Assembly (NCBI GenBank): GCA_039815145.1
Contig: JBCBZW010000010.1
Location: 2,404-66,403 of the forward strand
Reading direction: 5' to 3'
Origin: Pseudomonadota bacterium
GTDB lineage: Bacteria; Pseudomonadota; Gammaproteobacteria; Steroidobacterales; JBCBZW01
DNA: 64,000 nt
A model generated the notes under the pieces. The model worked only from the letters and a program-made list of their open reading frames with translations. It did not search any database and was not told the origin of the DNA. Of this stretch, positions 62,619 to 64,000 are shown in pieces; position 1 is the first letter of the stretch, and every line of letters begins with the position of its first letter. A program made the translations under genes and the position numbers.

Positions 62619-63364
62619 GAGCTGGTGGGTTCGGTGCTGGCGCGACGGCGGCGCAGCGTCGCCTTCGCCACCTCGCGGGTGCGCAGGGCGCGCCCGCCGA
62701 GCTGACGCTGCAGCGCTTCGCCGAGCAGCTGGCGCGCCACCTGCAGATCCTGCGGACGCTCCAGACGTTCACTGGCCAAGGCGAGCAGGGCCTCCCCCGA
62801 CACCACCGTAGCGCCGTCAGCAACGCCCGCTGGCTCCGGGCCGTTCTCCGCGTAGTAGTGATAGTCGCAAGCGGCCTGCACGGGCCTGCCGCTCAGCCCT
62901 TCGTGCGTGAGATTGAGACCGTAGCCCAAGGCTTCGAGGAGGCGCTTCTCGAACAGGCGCAGGGCGCGAGCCGCCGCCTGATCGTCCCCGGCGGCCGCCA
63001 GGGCATCGATCACCACGCGGTAGTCGTCGAATACCTCGCGGTGCGGATCCTGTCGCTGCAGCAACTTGAGCAGCAGTTCGTTCACGTAGAAGCCGGCCAT
63101 CAGCTGCGCCGGCGGCAAGCGAGGCGAGGCTTGATCGCGTTCCACGGTGGCCAAGGTGGCGAGCTCCCCGCGCCCTGCCCAACTCACGAGCAAGGACTGG
63201 AAGGGTTGCAACAGGCCGCGCGTCTTCGAGCGCGCGCTGCGCGCGCCGCGGGCGATCACGCCCATGCGGCCGTGGTTGGCCGTGAGCAGCTCGAGCAGCA
63301 GGGAACTGTCGCGATAGGGGTGGTGGTGCAGCACCCAGGCCGGTTCGAGCCCGGACCGACTCAC
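62615..63364 (-). CDS. recO: DNA repair protein RecO
   Basis: 249 aa. AWVLHHHPYRDSSLLLELLT N-terminal OB-fold motif. Conserved era-recO order. Confidence 0.9.
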   Translation of the reverse strand: MSRSGLEPAWVLHHHPYRDSSLLLELLTANHGRMGVIARGARSARSKTRGLLQPFQSLLVSWAGRGELATLATVERDQASPRLPPAQLMAGFYVNELLLKLLQRQDPHREVFDDYRVVIDALAAAGDDQAAARALRLFEKRLLEALGYGLNLTHEGLSGRPVQAACDYHYYAENGPEPAGVADGATVVSGEALLALASERLERPQDLQVARQLLGEALQRQLGGRALRTREVAKATLRRRRASTEPTSS

Positions 63365-64000
63365 GGGTTCTCGTAGCCGAGCGAACGCAGCGCTTGCTCG
63401 TTGTCGGCCCAGTTAGCCTTCACCTTGACCCACAGGCGCAGGTCCACGGGCACGCCCACCTCACGCTTGAGCTGCAGGCGCGCGGCCCGACCGGCGTCGC
63501 GCAGGTTCAACCCACCCTTGCCAACTACGATCGCCTTTTGCCCGTCACGCTCCACCCAGATGAGCGCTTGGATGCGAAGGCCTCGGCCCGCCTCCACGTA
63601 CTCCTCGATCTGCACCGTGAGGCCGTAGGGCAACTCCTCCCGCAGGCGCATGGTGAGCTTCTGGCGAATGATCTCGGCGGCCCGGAACTGGGCGTTGCGA
63701 TCGGTCAGTTGATCCGCAGGGAACAGCATCGGCCCCTGCGGCAGGCGCTCTACGACGATGCGTTCGAGAGCCTCGAGGTTTTCCTTCTTGGTAGCCGAGA
63801 CGGGCACCACGGCCGCGAAGTCGGCGCGCGCACTGAGCTCTTCGAGGTACGGCAAGAGCATGTCGCGCGGCCGCGCCTGATCGATCTTGTTGACCACGGC
63901 GACCACAGGCACCTGCGTCGCCCGCACCTTCTCCAGGGCCTGCGCATCCTCATCGCGCCACTGCAGGGCCTCGACGATGAACAGCTCGAGGTCTGCCTCC
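63361..64000 (-). CDS. era: GTPase Era (C-terminal part; the N-terminus lies beyond the window end)
   Basis: G4 motif NKID and a KH domain (VERDGQKAIVVGKGG). The frame stays open to position 64000. Confidence 0.92.
   Translation of the reverse strand, partial: EADLELFIVEALQWRDEDAQALEKVRATQVPVVAVVNKIDQARPRDMLLPYLEELSARADFAAVVPVSATKKENLEALERIVVERLPQGPMLFPADQLTDRNAQFRAAEIIRQKLTMRLREELPYGLTVQIEEYVEAGRGLRIQALIWVERDGQKAIVVGKGGLNLRDAGRAARLQLKREVGVPVDLRLWVKVKANWADNEQALRSLGYENP

Noticed and set aside
1-64000. I looked for prophage, integrase, transposase, toxin-antitoxin, restriction-modification or other known defence-system genes, and for rRNA, tRNA or tmRNA genes.
   Set aside because: None of the credible ORF products shows the corresponding motifs, and no tRNA-like cloverleaf was evident. 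Absence is judged by eye only; tRNAscan-SE, Infernal and a defence-system HMM scan would be the decisive checks.

Overview
This is a GC-rich chromosomal segment (by eye about two-thirds G+C, not computed) whose gene content and gene order look gammaproteobacterial.

The right-hand ~28 kb (36.1-64.0 kb) is an ordinary, tightly packed housekeeping block:
- fabH-rpmF-yceD, maf, rluC, rne
- LMW-PTP-kdsB-trm112-lpxK-msbA-exbD-exbB
- comEC, two Lol permeases plus lolD, mfd, a CsiV-like protein
- hpt, an L,D-transpeptidase, rlmD-acpS-recO-era

The left-hand ~36 kb is variable or accessory:
- a DUF1800/DUF1501 pair
- a Met-rich periplasmic protein plus an FccB-type sulfide dehydrogenase flavoprotein
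- a 2444-aa cadherin-repeat adhesin with an RTX-type C-terminus
- a UbiA-unknown-UbiA prenyltransferase operon
- an unknown secreted protein
- a 2Fe-2S/FNR-type reductase, followed by an RND(MMPL)::LolA-like fusion transporter and a DUF1302-like outer-membrane protein
- a P-domain protein with a VPLPA-CTERM anchor
- a lexA-imuA-imuB ... dnaE2 SOS mutagenesis cassette split by two transporter genes
- a PAS-GGDEF-EAL protein
- a small ORF behind a perfect CRP-type site

Two copies of a ~150-165 bp palindromic MITE-like element bounded by CTAG/TA sit exactly on the stop codons of two minus-strand genes. One of them marks the border between the variable and core halves.

I found no rRNA, tRNA, CRISPR array, integrase or transposase gene.

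The best candidates for something undescribed are two. One is the envelope-lipid-like module (prenyltransferase operon + reductase + RND::LolA-like fusion + DUF1302-like OMP). The other is the CTAG-targeting MITE family. All family assignments come from motif recognition by eye; no database search was run.
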